This document shows, one piece after another, positions 36,118-48,102 of a DNA stretch of 64,000 nucleotides (within the stretch, counting starts at the first letter, position 1; each line of letters begins with the position of its first letter). Position numbers and translations under genes: made by a program. The notes beneath the pieces were generated by a model. That model had not been told where the DNA came from, searched no databases, and saw only the letters and a program-made list of their open reading frames with translations. This stretch comes from Podarcis cretensis (taxonomy: Eukaryota): positions 19,220,001 through 19,284,000 of the forward strand of contig OX638158.1 in the NCBI GenBank assembly GCA_951804945.1, read 5' to 3'.

Positions 36118-37520
36118 CGGTGCCCTGCTAAGAGGTGGCTTTGAAGGAGGTGTCCCTGATTTGGCTGTTGCTGAGGCCGTACTGCATGTTGTAGTAGTAA
36201 CACAAGTGACTGGAGTGCCTGCTTGCCCAGGTGTGGCTACTGGAGTCGCAATAGGTAAGCCTGTTGGACCAAGAATCAAACTGGCTGGTGGTATACTGGT
36301 ACTTGCAACAGGTGCCGCAGGTTTTGTGGGCGCAACAGCAGTGGTTGGCAAGCCAGGCATAACTGTAGTCTCCACCACCAGTGATGTCTCCAGGGATACC
36401 GATGGGTGAGCTGCTCCAACACCGCCATGCTCACTGAAAAGGGACCGGAGTTTTTCTTCCAAAGTCTTTATGTCATCTATGCCGGGTGCTTTGGGTTGAC
36501 TGTCAACATCCCCTTCCAGGCAGTGAGTATGAGGTTGATTGGCTAATGGAGCTGGTTGAGGCTGACTATGTATTAAAGTCTGCTGGACTGCAGGGACATT
36601 CGTTACTGGTTGTGCCAATGGCAGAATGCCAGGTAATACTGGGGTAGAGACAGCACCTGCTGCCGCACCTAAGCTAGATGAGGTAACTGTGGGTGGGATG
36701 GGTAGCGGTTGCGAGATGGAGCTAGATATGCTTGATGCTACTGCAGAAGATATAGGTACAGAAACAGGTGCGGGCAGTCCACCTCCGCTGACTTGCTGTG
36801 GTTTTTCCGGTGACTGTTCGGTTTTCGACCTTGGCTGCAGCACACTAACTACCACCATTTCAGCTAGGCTGGGTACAGAGCCGCTGGTGTTCAACTGAGA
36901 AGACTGCGAAACCACGCTCTGTGCCGAAGACACAGGGACCGAAGTTTGAGAAACGGCCGGGGCAGCACTGCCAGCACCAACCTGTTGAGATGTTGCAGTT
37001 GGTGCCACAACTCCCGATATTGTAATGCTAGGCCTTGTCGTTCCGGCTTGTGGCAATGTTAAAGAAGCAGGGGTGCTAACACTAGGAACAATTTCCCCAA
37101 CAGCAGAAGCCGCCTGGGATGCAGTTGTGGACAAAGAAGAAGGTGCACTGACGCTGGAAGGCACTCCGCTAATTGACTGTGACTGCAACCCTGGTGGTGG
37201 AGAGCTGGAGCCTGGAAATTCTTCACCCAATGGAAGCCCTGCTGTCACTTTTTCTGTTGACTGAGTTGCTGGTAAAGAAACACCGGTGGTGGAAGGAACT
37301 GAGGCAGAAGGAGCAGGCACCGATGTTGGTGGCAGTCCCCCATTCATGCTTGAACTTAGACATGGAAAAGGTGGCACAGCCTGGTTAAAAACTGGGGGAG
37401 CTGTGCTTGGTCCTTCCGTCGTTTGAGCGTGCTTGAGCTCGGAGAAAGCTTGTTGCAGACTGAGTGAAGATGCAGAGTGAGAGAGATTCATTCCAGGGCC
37501 ATGAGATGGAGAAGCAGCAA
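36118..37520 (-). CDS. WNK1: WNK1 exon 19 (large S/P/T-rich disordered exon)
   Basis: 1403 bp; MNLSHSASSLSLQQAFSEL...PGIDDIKTLEEKLRSLFSEH...KPPLSRAP. Confidence 0.96.
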
Positions 37521-37748
37521 CTGCAAGGAAGAGAGGCAAAGTCAGTTTCTCTGCAGAAACTTACTGGGTGGTAGTTAACGAAGTTTTACTCAGAGTAGGC
37601 CCACTGAAATCAATGGGCCTAACTTCGATTTCTGAAAGATATCAAAGGCCATAAGTACTTTCTATAGCAAAAGATTTTTGCACTGACTGCGTCTTCATTT
37701 TCTACCTAAAGGAAACTTGGGGGAAGGAGGAACACTGTGGCACAATTA

Positions 37749-38004
37749 CCGTATTTTTCGCTCTATAAGACACACCAGACCACAAGACGCACTTAGATTT
37801 TGGAGGAGGAAAACAAGAAAAAAATATTTTGAATCTCAGAAGCCAGAACAGCAAGAGGGATCGCTGCGCAGTGAAAGCAGCAATCCCTCGCTGTTCTGGC
37901 TTCTGGGATAGCTGCGCAGCCTGCATTCACTCCATAAGACGCACACACATTTCCCCTTACTTTTTAGGAGGGAAAAAGTGAGTCTTATAGAGCAAAAAAT
38001 ACGG
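37749..38004. mobile_element. Tc1/mariner-superfamily MITE with CCGTA termini (right-end remnant of the family at 30391-30436)
   Basis: TA TSD; TIR CCGTATTTTTYGCTCTATAAGAC; internal inverted repeat cagaagccagaacagc...gctgttctggcttctg. Confidence 0.85.
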
Positions 38005-38866
38005 TAGTTATTTTTCTGATTCCCCTGCTCCCACAGGTTTCAGCAACGGTGAACTACCACAAATTCAAGTCACTGAGGCTTATAAAGTACTCTAAACAAG
38101 CATATATATGCAAGATAGCTTATGGATGCAAGAGGCAGCTAAATACCCCTTTATGACTAGGAATCCTAATTTTCTATTTCTAACAGTATAACTTTCACAA
38201 TACTGCACACTCAAATAGATGGCAACAGTTTATGCCATGCTAATAAAGAAAGAAGGTAGGTTTACTTTCATTTTACCTATATATTTTTACCACAAAGATG
38301 GGGAAACTGCAGCCCTTCAGGTGCAGCTGATCTACAACTCCCATCATCCTTGGCTCTGTTAGCTGGGGCTGATGGGAGTTGGTGTCTAACAACATCTGGA
38401 AGGCCAATGGTTCCCCATCTTTGATTTACAATATTTACAAGCCACCCTACAATAAAGTTCTTAATGCAGCTCACAATAAACAATAAAACCATTCAAAATT
38501 CCAACATAAAAAAATACAAAAGAGTCAGATGAAATAAAAACATGTTAAAGCTACAGCAAATGAAACCACCTGGATGTTTTGATTTTTTTAAAAATGCATT
38601 TGCCTGGTGCTGACACCAAAGTGGTCACCAGGCAAGGACATTCTCTCCCCCATAGCCACCGGCTGCAGCTCATTTGGCTGGAGACACTGAGAAGGGCCTC
38701 TGAAGAAGAACCCAACACACAGGTAGGTACACATGGAGAGAGACATGCCTTTAGAAACAAATAATAAATTCATTATTGATACAAGCCCTGTAAAACTGTT
38801 TCCTTGAAATCCACACATTCTGTTAGTGGTAAGAGCAGGCTGTGTTGGGAATGGTGATTAACTCAC

Positions 38867-39004
38867 CTATATCAAGCAGCTCACTTTCTGATGGGATAGA
38901 AGTGAAAAATCTCTGTTCTCGTAACCTACTTTCGGGTACAGGGCTGACAATAAACCGTCTTCCAGCAGAATGGACAACCTGCGTCAATGAGTTAGGAGGA
39001 ACAC
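38867..39004 (-). CDS. WNK1: WNK1 exon 18 (RFIV SPAK/OSR1-docking motif at 38946-38957)
   Basis: 138 bp; GVPPNSLTQVVHSAGRRFIVSPVPESRLRE. Confidence 0.95.
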
Positions 39005-39165
39005 CTAAAGTAACAGAGAAAAATGTAGGATTACAGTTGTGCAATTTCCTACTGAGCTATGTACAATCTACCACACGGTCCTGAAGCATGCCATGACTGT
39101 CTTATACTACACCTAGAATACAAACCAGCAATAGAAGATTGTTAAGAGAATTCAACAGCCCTTAC

Positions 39166-39223
39166 CTATTCTTTGTGGCATAGAAGACACAGGATCTGGC
39201 TGTTTGAAGTCTCCATCCAATTT
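39166..39223 (-). CDS. WNK1: WNK1 exon 17
   Basis: 58 bp; KLDGDFKQPDPVSSMPQRI. Confidence 0.9.
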
Positions 39224-39541
39224 CTGCAACAAATGAAATGATTATTTTTCTGCATAATCCCATCATTCGACCACTAAATACACTGATGGCCATGTCTGGG
39301 TGAAATGGTAAATTCTGGTTTAGTTCTAGGTAAACCTACTCTGGGGCTTGTGAACTAACTTCCACTTACACGGCCTAGGAGGAGTCGTTTCATGGCTTTC
39401 CTAATTTCTTTATCATTAAGACTTTAGCTCAAGTTGATAGATAACTTTTGCCAAGACTGCTTGTTGGAAGAAAGAGCAGTAGAAAGACGCATAGACCTTG
39501 TGGCAGAAGGCATGAGTGCAGATAGTAAGATAAACCCTTAC

Positions 39542-39688
39542 CTGGTTATGCATACTGTCCATGCTCTGGTCACCTTCTGGTTCCCCACTTGCATCCTCGC
39601 TGAGCATTTCATCTGCCTTTTCTATGATGTCACGCACCTGCTCTACAAATGAATCTCTCTCCATTGCCAAGATGAATTCATTTTGCAC
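39542..39688 (-). CDS. WNK1: WNK1 exon 16
   Basis: 147 bp; VQNEFILAMERDSFVEQVRDIIEKADEMLSED... Confidence 0.94.
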
Positions 39689-39909
39689 CTGCATGAAATT
39701 TCGAATTGTGGTAAGTACAGACATGTCACCTTCCACTCACCTGAGCAAGTAACAGCAGCAGTTCAGGCGGATGCACCAAACGGAAAACTATGCAGCACTA
39801 TGGCAGTTACAGATGCTGCCCTTTCTCTCCTATCCTAAAAAGGAAAACTAGCCTTCCAATCTACAAGTACTGTACTAGTTTGAACACTTTTTGTAAATCA
39901 CTTTGAGGC

Positions 39910-39912
<3 letters not shown>

Positions 39913-39947
<35 letters not shown>
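39913..39947. repeat. (TC)n microsatellite
   Basis: Read directly. Confidence 0.95.
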
Positions 39948-39949
<2 letters not shown>

Positions 39950-40607
39950 ACAATTAAGTGATCTAAAAATTTTATGAAATAAAAAAATAAACTGGTGAGA
40001 TAGTGAACTCAACTATGCCCAGCTTTGGTCACAGAGACACTCGCCAAATCTGCTGCTTTCTGTCTTCTGCAAACGTGACTGCATCTCTTGCAGTGATAAC
40101 AAGAGGGAGGGATAACCAATCTAAACAGAGGATGAACAGCTATATTCTCAGTAATCATGGAGTTTACTGGGGGCCTTCCATTATGTTACTTGACAGACTA
40201 AATACTTTGTATATAATTTCCCAAACATTACAGTAGTTATGGAAACAAATATTAGAGGTCTGATTTCCCCCCAAAATAAAAATATGCATTCTGCTTTTGG
40301 GCTAGCCAGTTGCTGCTTCCGGATCATGGCCCTTGAGTGCAGAACAGTTGGACAATTGTTTGCTTGAAGAAATGATAGTTCTGAGAAAGAAATGTCTTCA
40401 ACTGTTTGATTTAAGCAAGTACTAGCCTACACACAGCAACTTCAGACATTCGTTAACCAGCAAACTGTGGCAAACTCAGCAGACAAATTACAACAAGAAC
40501 TGTGCTAAAAACAAGCACTTGGAGAAAGCAAATTCAGTAGTAATTAAATATTAGGTACTGAAGCTAATATTTGAACACAGAATTAAGCTTCCATCTGAAC
40601 TGCTTAC

Positions 40608-40724
40608 CATGATAGAGGCTATTTCCTCTGGATTGTCACCGTCCAAGTCAAATTTGAAAGTAACCATTTTTCTATTGTGCGTTTCTAACTGGCATTCCAC
40701 AACACGGTCTCCTTTATTTGAAAC
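40608..40724 (-). CDS. WNK1: WNK1 exon 15 (second CCT-like domain)
   Basis: 117 bp; [39 protein letters not shown]. Confidence 0.97.
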
Positions 40725-40971
40725 CTGGAACAGACAATTCTGTTATTCAAGATGAGAAGTAAACACAATGGAAGAGAATGATAGCTGTAGATGGGCTGGG
40801 AGCAATATAGAGAGGCAGGAAAATACACAGATGAAATTATCAAGAACCACCAGGGATTTTCCCCACAGCCATAAACGGACTGAACAAGGCATTCAGGGGG
40901 ATGGGGGGTTGAATTCAGTCTTCTCCCATAAAAGTGAAATTCCATATATTACAAGGGGACAGAGTTGTCTG

Positions 40972-41127
40972 GTTCACACATAACATGAAGCCATGGTTTA
41001 TTAAACACAGGCGAGTAGTATACTTATGGTACATTTAGTGCCAGCAAACCAGGATCTGAAACCATGATTTGTTACTGACTTGCAAACCTTGGTTTCTTTT
41101 AAATATGGCTTTATGTTATGTGTGAAC
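40972..41127. mobile_element. Palindromic MITE, family not identified
   Basis: ~23-bp inverted repeat gttcacacataacatRaagccat. Confidence 0.6.
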
Positions 41128-41974
41128 TAACCACCTTCCTTGACCATGATTTGTCTGGCCTCTCCACCCCAGAAGCTCACCAAGCTAGAAAGGTATGAGA
41201 GCAGCTGGAAGGAGGTGAACTTGGGGAAAACAAGCAACAGTTTGATTGTCTATGTGACAGTTCATAGTTTGTTAAATGAACCATGACTTAGCGCTGTGTG
41301 AATAAAGCCATTCTCTTCCCCCCCCTGTCCCCCCTCACACACATACATACACAAACTTAAAATATGGTGGAAGCTTGATGGGGACACGATAGTTGCACAA
41401 CTCAATATATGCCATCTTAAGCAAAACAAACAAACAAACAAACAAACACAGAGAAACACAATAGTATAACCCAATGTAAGAATTTAGGACAGAAAAAGCA
41501 GCACAGGAGAACAATTTGTCAAGAGGTTAGAACAGTGACTGAATTCAGATATAATGAGAAACCTTGGTTTGTTGTTATGAAGAGGGGCAGAGACAAGCCC
41601 TTGGCTCATACACTCCCTCCTCCCCTTCCTCTGCATGCAAAGTGAGATATGAAGCTTTAGATTCTACTCAATAGCAAACCAAAGCTTACCTACAAACCTG
41701 GATCAAACTATACTTTATAATGCTGGTTTGAGCAAATCATAGTTTGCTGTTAACTAATAAGCAACATTTCTAATCTCCTCCCCTTGCATGCAGGACAATG
41801 GGAGGGGAGAGCACTTAAGGCCAAGATTTTTGCGTACTCTAATAAACAGAGTTTTTTAGAGTCTAATAAACTATGCACTAAAACAGAGGTTTTAAAACAC
41901 AGTGGACTGATTCAGATGTAACACTAAACCATAATTCAGCACTATACAGTGCAGTATCACCAAAAGAAACTCAC

Positions 41975-42137
41975 ATTAAGAATTCTCAGTTTGGGACGTG
42001 TAGTCTTCTCATGCCGAGAGCGGCTGCGCACTGACTTCCGATAATGCCGTTTCGTAGTCCTCCCTTCATGTCTACCACTAGATGCTGGAACACTTTCATT
42101 GCAGTCACTTAAGCCTGAAGCAACATCTGAATGTGCA
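41975..42137 (-). CDS. WNK1: WNK1 exon 14
   Basis: 163 bp; AHSDVASGLSD...GRHEGRTTKRHYRKSVRSRSRHEKTTRPKLRILN. Confidence 0.96.
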
Positions 42138-42366
42138 CTACAGAAAAACAGACAGGGAAAAAATCAGCCATTTTTTACCTGTAATCCCCCCCCCACTTCC
42201 TTTCCATGATGAGTATCACTCTCAGCAAATCAAGGAATGTAAGGAAAATGCTCTTTAGAAAATGCTACCACTACATGCTGATAAAGATGATTAAATCTGC
42301 ACTAGTGAAATGAGGCTCAAATGTGTTTTTTAATTAGTCATTAAATGCCTCTCTTGTATATTTCAT

Positions 42367-43138
42367 CAGGAGTTTCCAAACTGTGGCTTGTGGACCACTA
42401 GTAGTCTGCGGCCTTCATTCAGGTGATCCACAGCATGTTTGTGGATTTGTGGTTGAACGGGGAAACAGTACTTTTCATTGCCTTAAACATTCATAATTTT
42501 ATTGATTATTACTTGTATGTTCATTGCTTCTTTTATTTCTTATATTATATTTTATATTACAGTTTTAATTCCACAGACTTCAAATTGTAATACATGCAAC
42601 CCCCCCCCCTTTACACACATTCAATATATGTGCAACTGCGCACATGTGCATCGAGCCAAACCCGCAAGGGATGTGTGCAGTAACTCAGAACATAACCCAG
42701 CAAAAATGGAGGGTTGCCTTACAATAACATACAGTGGGTGCTCGGGTTGCGAACGTGATCTGTGTGGGAGGCAGGTCTGCAACCCACAGCACCGTGTCTG
42801 CGCAGGCGTGGTTGTGATTTGGAGCTTCTGCGCATGTGCAAAGCATGATTTAGCGCTTCTGCGCATGCACAAGCGCCAAAACCCGGAAGTAGCCCGTTCC
42901 AGTACTACCGGGTTTCGGCGCGTCCGTAACCCGAAAATGCGCGACCTGAAGTGTCTGTAACCCAAGATATGACTGTACAATATATAAGAAGTACAAGAAG
43001 CAATTAAATGCAATTTTAGAAAAACATACAGCATCTACCGCAGCACATTACAATTTCTATAACAAGCATAAAAATAATTAAGTAGTTCACCAAGACCCTC
43101 AGCAATTTTCTGTAGGGGGGAAAGTTTGGGAATCACTA
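42367..43138. mobile_element. Old hAT-like non-autonomous element containing a nested MITE
   Basis: Ends caggagtttccaaact and agtttgggaatcacta form imperfect TIRs. Confidence 0.5.
42732..42975. mobile_element. Tigger-like MITE, CpG-rich, nested
   Basis: ta|cagtgggtgctcgggttgcg...gtaacccaagatatgactg|ta. Confidence 0.72.
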
Positions 43139-43548
43139 TGCTACATGCTTTAAGAAACAGTCGCCTTTTGAGTCACTCACAGGAAAGACACAGGCCATTT
43201 TTAATAGGGTGCTGCAACGGGTAAGGTATAGTTAAGTTAGGACATTATGAGCCTGGTACAACTAGTGTCTGAGCAGCCTTGCTGTGATTCAGGAAAGGAG
43301 TAATCAGCTACAATTAGAGATGGGTAACCTGTGACCCTCCAGAGGTCTCATCAGCCTCAGCCAGCATGGCTGATTGTCAGGGATGATGGAACTGGAGTCA
43401 AACAAGTTCCATGCCCCAGCTTAGATGTCAAGGGCAGATGTTAAGAGTTCACATGCAAAGAGTCCGCCCAAATCAGAAACAGATTAACAGAAGCACCATG
43501 TCTGTAATGATAACTATCCAAGTTGAAATGCAATAATTTACTATTTAC

Positions 43549-43649
43549 CTATCTATTGAGGAAACCAATGGGGTTGATTGCGAAGGCTGCTGCTGCTGCA
43601 CTGGTGGTTGAGTCTCTGCAGGTGCTGTTTGAGTAACTCCAGAAGTACT
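43549..43649 (-). CDS. WNK1: WNK1 exon 13
   Basis: 101 bp, phase 0-2; STSGVTQTAPAETQPPVQQQQPSQSTPLVSSID. Confidence 0.88.
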
Positions 43650-44310
43650 CTGCAAAAGATAAAGCATTCCCTTCATGCATCTTGTTAAAGAGCTCTTTTT
43701 CCAGCCCCATCACAGTCCATCCATCTAGGTAACTAGAAGCTAAAAAGCACACTGTTCTCTCTAGAACATCTTAAAGCATCTAAACATTTCAAATTTTTAA
43801 CCCCAGTTGAGGTTTTCGTGCAAATTTGAAACAAGTTGCCTGGTGAAAGTCAACCATTTTATTTACTACATGATGGTGGCACTACAGCTTGCCATGCAAC
43901 CAGAAATCTTACTAGCAGAATGTGCAACAGAGAAGCCAATGCAGAGTGCAAAGTCCATTCAAATCTCCCCCAGCTACGGCAAGGCTGCAGGGAACACGAT
44001 TGAGGAGAGATTTTTTTCCAGTGACTGTTGAGTATAGCATGTCTTCAATACAATGATTGGCATTACTAGCCAGAAGAAAAGTGCTAGCAAGTGTTTTGCA
44101 TCTTGGGAGGCCCACTCACTTCCCAACAGCATAGCCAGGGGCAACAAGGTCTCCACATTGGCATCACATTCTGCTGTAAGAGAAATTCATTTTGACGATT
44201 AGCATATGATTTTTCAGCTTGCTACCCCAAATGGAAGTGAATTCAAAATTCATGCCCTGAAACTCAGTTTTTAGAATGCACACACACAGCAACATGCATA
44301 GTCCATTTAC

Positions 44311-44586
44311 CTCTAATGCTGTCTGCTGGGAAGCTGAAGATGAGACCTGCTGTGCTAAACAGGAAGCAGGCTGTGGCACTTGAACCTGTCCGCCTAGACT
44401 GCCCAAAGAAACTAAAACATTCTGCTCCACATAAGGCTGTACCATTGCGGCAAGGTAGCCTGGCTGAGCCAGTACATCTGTGGGTAAGGGAGGGGATAGT
44501 ACTGCAGAAGGGAGGCAAGCAGAGGCCACAGAAGAAGCAATGTTTGAGTCTCCAGTATATTGTGCTGGTAGCCGAGGTGGGAAGCC
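44311..44586 (-). CDS. WNK1: WNK1 cassette exon 12
   Basis: 276 bp, phase 0-0; GFPPRLPAQYTGDSNIASSVAS...VQPYVEQNVLV...QQTALE. Confidence 0.93.
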
Positions 44587-45533
44587 CTGCGATAAACGAG
44601 GAAGCCAAGTTATTGTAATTTAGGGTAATTCAGGGGGAAACAGTATGAAACAGATAGGAAGGGGGGGAAAGCAAGGCAAGCTGCATAGGATTTTTAACTC
44701 CCTCCTGCCATGAACTCCTTAAATTTGTTGCACAACTTCCAGGGTACCTTATTTTAAAAAGGAACAAAGCCTACTGCCTTGGGGTCAATGTTAAATCCCA
44801 AGCCATCATGCACTCTGGAACAGCAGTGCACCACACAACTAAAGGGACCTTAAAGCAACCTGTGTACTAAAAAGGTCCTCCCCGTCCTGTTAACTATAAA
44901 TGCTCCATCACGTTACCAGGTCTGCAAAGAAGCTGTCAGATGACCAGGCCCCAGTCAAGTCAGAGCAACAGGGCTCCATCTCTTCTAATGCCTGCTTGCC
45001 AGTCTCTTTCCAGAGACAAAAAGAGAGGTTTCACTTGTTATTTATTTTTGTTGTGCTGTCTACTGAAGACAAGTTCAACATGTTTCCCTAAAATTGGAGC
45101 ATGGGAAATCTGTTTGCTTGCCATGTGTATATCATGGTGCTTCCGCATCTTTCACAATTTAAGTCTTGTTAAGCTTTTTATGCTGTGCTCCAGCTGACAG
45201 TCAAAACTGCCTGGCCAGCACTCCAGCAAATTATCACTGCAGCCTGGCAATTTCATAGCTTGAATCTATTAACTGAGATGAAACACCTAGATGCTAGATG
45301 CCCTCATCACACTCAAGCATAAGGTAGTAGTGGAATGGAGAACCTGTAGCTTCCAAATGTTGCTTGACTGCAACTCCCATCATGCCTCATTGGCCCTGCT
45401 GGCTAGGGCTGATGCAGTCCAACAACTTCAGGAGAGCTACAGGCTCCCCACCCTGCACTGGTATTTGAGTGGGGAAACTGTGGCCCTTCAGTGATCTGAC
45501 ACTCATTTACATGTCAGTCGACATTACTCTTCC

Positions 45534-45675
45534 AGCTCAGTTGGTTAGAGTGTGGTATTGATAATACCAAGGTTGCAGGTTCAAGCCCCATATGGGACAT
45601 CTGCATATTCCTGCATTGCAGGGGTTGGACTAGGTGAGCCTCAGGGTGCCTTCCAATTCTATAATTCTACGATTC
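45534..45675 (+). mobile_element. tRNA-Ile-headed SINE with the same CR1-like tail
   Basis: agctcagttggttagagtgtggtattgataataccaaggttgcaggttc resembles tRNA-Ile; tail ttcctgcattgcaggggttggactag...ttccaattctataattct. Confidence 0.7.
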
Positions 45676-45877
45676 ATTCCTCAGTAAAACTACCAATGCG
45701 AAAACAAAATACCATTACTAATCAAATTTGGTTTAAAATCAGGAATTTCCCTTGTATACTGAAAAACCATTTGGCCTCTCCTTCCAAAGACTGCAAGTAA
45801 CTTTTCAGGACATCTTAGCGGACTCTAAAGCACCAGAGGAGCAGAAGAGAGGGACTCTTTCTTGACTGCCACAATAC

Positions 45878-46351
45878 CTGGTACACAGCATCTGTAGGTG
45901 GAAGTGGTACTTCAGCAGTTTGTCCAAGTGTGGCTGGCAATCCCATGGGCTGAACAGATGGCTGTAGAAGCTGTGGGAGAACCTGGCCGGACAGCTGCGC
46001 CACGGGCTGCAGAAGAGTTGGAAGCTGGCTAGGGACAACAGTTGAACCCACAGGAATAGCAGCTGCTGCAGCAGACGTGGCCAAAGTGAGCAATGGCTGG
46101 CTAACACCAGATGCCATGGAGATGGGTAGAGTTGGGAAACCAGGCTGAGCCACTGACACATGAGGTGTTGCTATGGGCATCTGAGAAACTGAGAACTGTG
46201 GATGAAGGGGAGTCTGTAAGGGCGGGCCCATAGGGAGAAAATGAGAGCCAATGGGCATGACAGGGGCAACTGAAGGCTGAGGAAGGGAAGGCACTGCCAT
46301 AGGTAACTGTGTTTCACCTTGGATGATCGGCACTGGCTGGGAAACAGGAAG
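45878..46351 (-). CDS. WNK1: WNK1 cassette exon 11
   Basis: 474 bp, phase 0-0; LPVSQPVPIIQGETQLP...VVPSQLPTLLQPV...PTDAVYQ. Confidence 0.94.
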
Positions 46352-46636
46352 CTGGGGAGGTAAAGAAAAAGATAGACCTTTAAGGAGAAAGGTTGCAGGA
46401 AGCAAGCTTTTAATTGCATTAGTCCAAGAAAAGGGGAGAAATGTTTACACCACACTTAACAGGAGCAGGGAAGGAATATATTTGACAGAGTGGCTGGGAG
46501 GGTTACTTCCAATTAGCAGTTTTTGGTGGCCTTTTTTGATGCCTATCTTTAACATTTTGGAGAAATTATCCTTGTTATCAAAGGAGAATTTCAGGATGGA
46601 GAAACAAGGTCAAGACACCCAGCCAGATGGGTGGGG

Positions 46637-46685
46637 TAGTAGTAGTAGTAGTAGTAATAATAATAATAATAGTAATAGTAATAAT
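46637..46685. repeat. Compound (GTA)n/(ATA)n microsatellite
   Basis: Read directly. Confidence 0.9.
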
Positions 46686-47242
46686 ATATTATTATTATAG
46701 CATGGCATCAGTTTATATAGAACACACCTCTAATAACCCCTCATATGGGTGTAGGAGCCTGAGGTCAGGGGGAATTAAAAGCCACTCGACCAACATATAG
46801 AGATACTCTTGTTAGTGCCAAAAAGCAGAGCAAGAAATGCAACAGGAAATTTTTCAGGAAACTTAAGCAAAATTGCCACAAAAATTTAGTATTCTGGGAT
46901 TCAAAAGTATATACATCTACAGGACCAATCTGGAGTCAGCAAAAAGCCTCTAGGGCAAAGAGTGAAGGAGGGAGATGTGGAGAAAAAAGGAGACTCATCT
47001 TGAAGAGCACTCAGTGTTGGGATACTGAGCCACTGACCTCCTACACTGATTAAAAAAACCCCAAAACTATGCACACACACATGCACTCTCAAACAACACA
47101 CAGGTTTTCTAACTTTTTCAAAATCAGGCATTGCATTTTAGACCATGACAAAAGTTGATGGGTTAAGTCTTCCCATTTAATACAATGATTTTCCTTATCC
47201 TAATACTTTCATTGTACTCTTCCAGACAACACATTTCCAACT

Positions 47243-47244
<2 letters not shown>

Positions 47245-47283
<39 letters not shown>
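47245..47283. repeat. (AT)n microsatellite
   Basis: Read directly. Confidence 0.95.
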
Positions 47284-47285
<2 letters not shown>

Positions 47286-47377
47286 CTGTTTTGTCACATA
47301 AATGAAGGGGGCTTAGCTGCAAACAATTCAGGTAGTCCAGACAGAAGCCTTCCAGGAGCTAGCAAGTTGTAGTTTAC

Positions 47378-47521
47378 CTGTGTCCCAGCTGCTACCTGAG
47401 GCACAGACATTATTTGTGCTTGCTGTGTAACTGGCTGCGATGGAGCAGCTCCACTGGAAACTGAAGGCTGCTGAAGTTGGTATTGCCCAGTCTGTTGTGA
47501 AGAGGCTGAAGGCTGGGTGCT
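47378..47521 (-). CDS. WNK1: WNK1 exon 10
   Basis: 144 bp; STQPSASSQQTGQYQLQQPSVSSG...PQVAAGTQ. Confidence 0.87.
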
Positions 47522-47753
47522 CTGTCATAGAAGAAAAAACAACAGCAGATTATTTACACTGGACAAAAACACCTTTTATCTGGAAATATTTTGCAGCAGT
47601 TGATCTTGTCTTGGGTATATCTGAATTCCTGCTGTGTATGTGTGTATTCTAATGATAATATTTTGTTTTAAGATGTTCAACAGTACTGAAGTAGAGTTAG
47701 CACAAACTTCCTGAGAAACAACTGAAAATAAGCACAGCCTACTTAAAGGTCAA

Positions 47754-48102
47754 GGGACGTGGGTGGTGCTGTGCGTTAAACCACAGAGCCTAGGACTTGC
47801 TGATCAGAAGGTTGGCAGTTTGAATCCCTGTGACAGGGTGAGCTCCCGTTGCACGGTCCCTGCTCCTGCCAACCTAGCAGTTTGAAAGCACATCAAGTGC
47901 AAGTAGATAAACAAGTACCGCTCCAGTGGGCAGTTAAACGGCATTTCCGTGCGCTACTCTGGTTCACCAGAAGCAACTTAGTCATGCTGGCCACATGACC
48001 CGGAAGCTGTACACCAGCTACCTCAGCCAATAAAGCGAGATGAGCACCACAACCCCAGAGTTGGCCACGACTGGACCTAATGGTCAGGGGTCCCTTTACC
48101 TT
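47754..48102 (+). mobile_element. Sauria SINE, more CpG-decayed, opposite orientation to the other three
   Basis: gggacgtgggtggtgctgtg head, ccctttaccttt tail; TSD tacttaaaggtc at 47740-47751 and 48103-48114. Confidence 0.9.

Noticed and set aside
36161-37388. + strand ORFs opposite WNK1 exon 19 (likewise opposite exons 24, 12, HSN2 and 8b)
   Set aside because: Antisense shadow frames of low-complexity coding sequence
42502-43034. 152-aa and 137-aa ORFs
   Set aside because: They span a GC-rich MITE and flanking repeat; no transposase motifs
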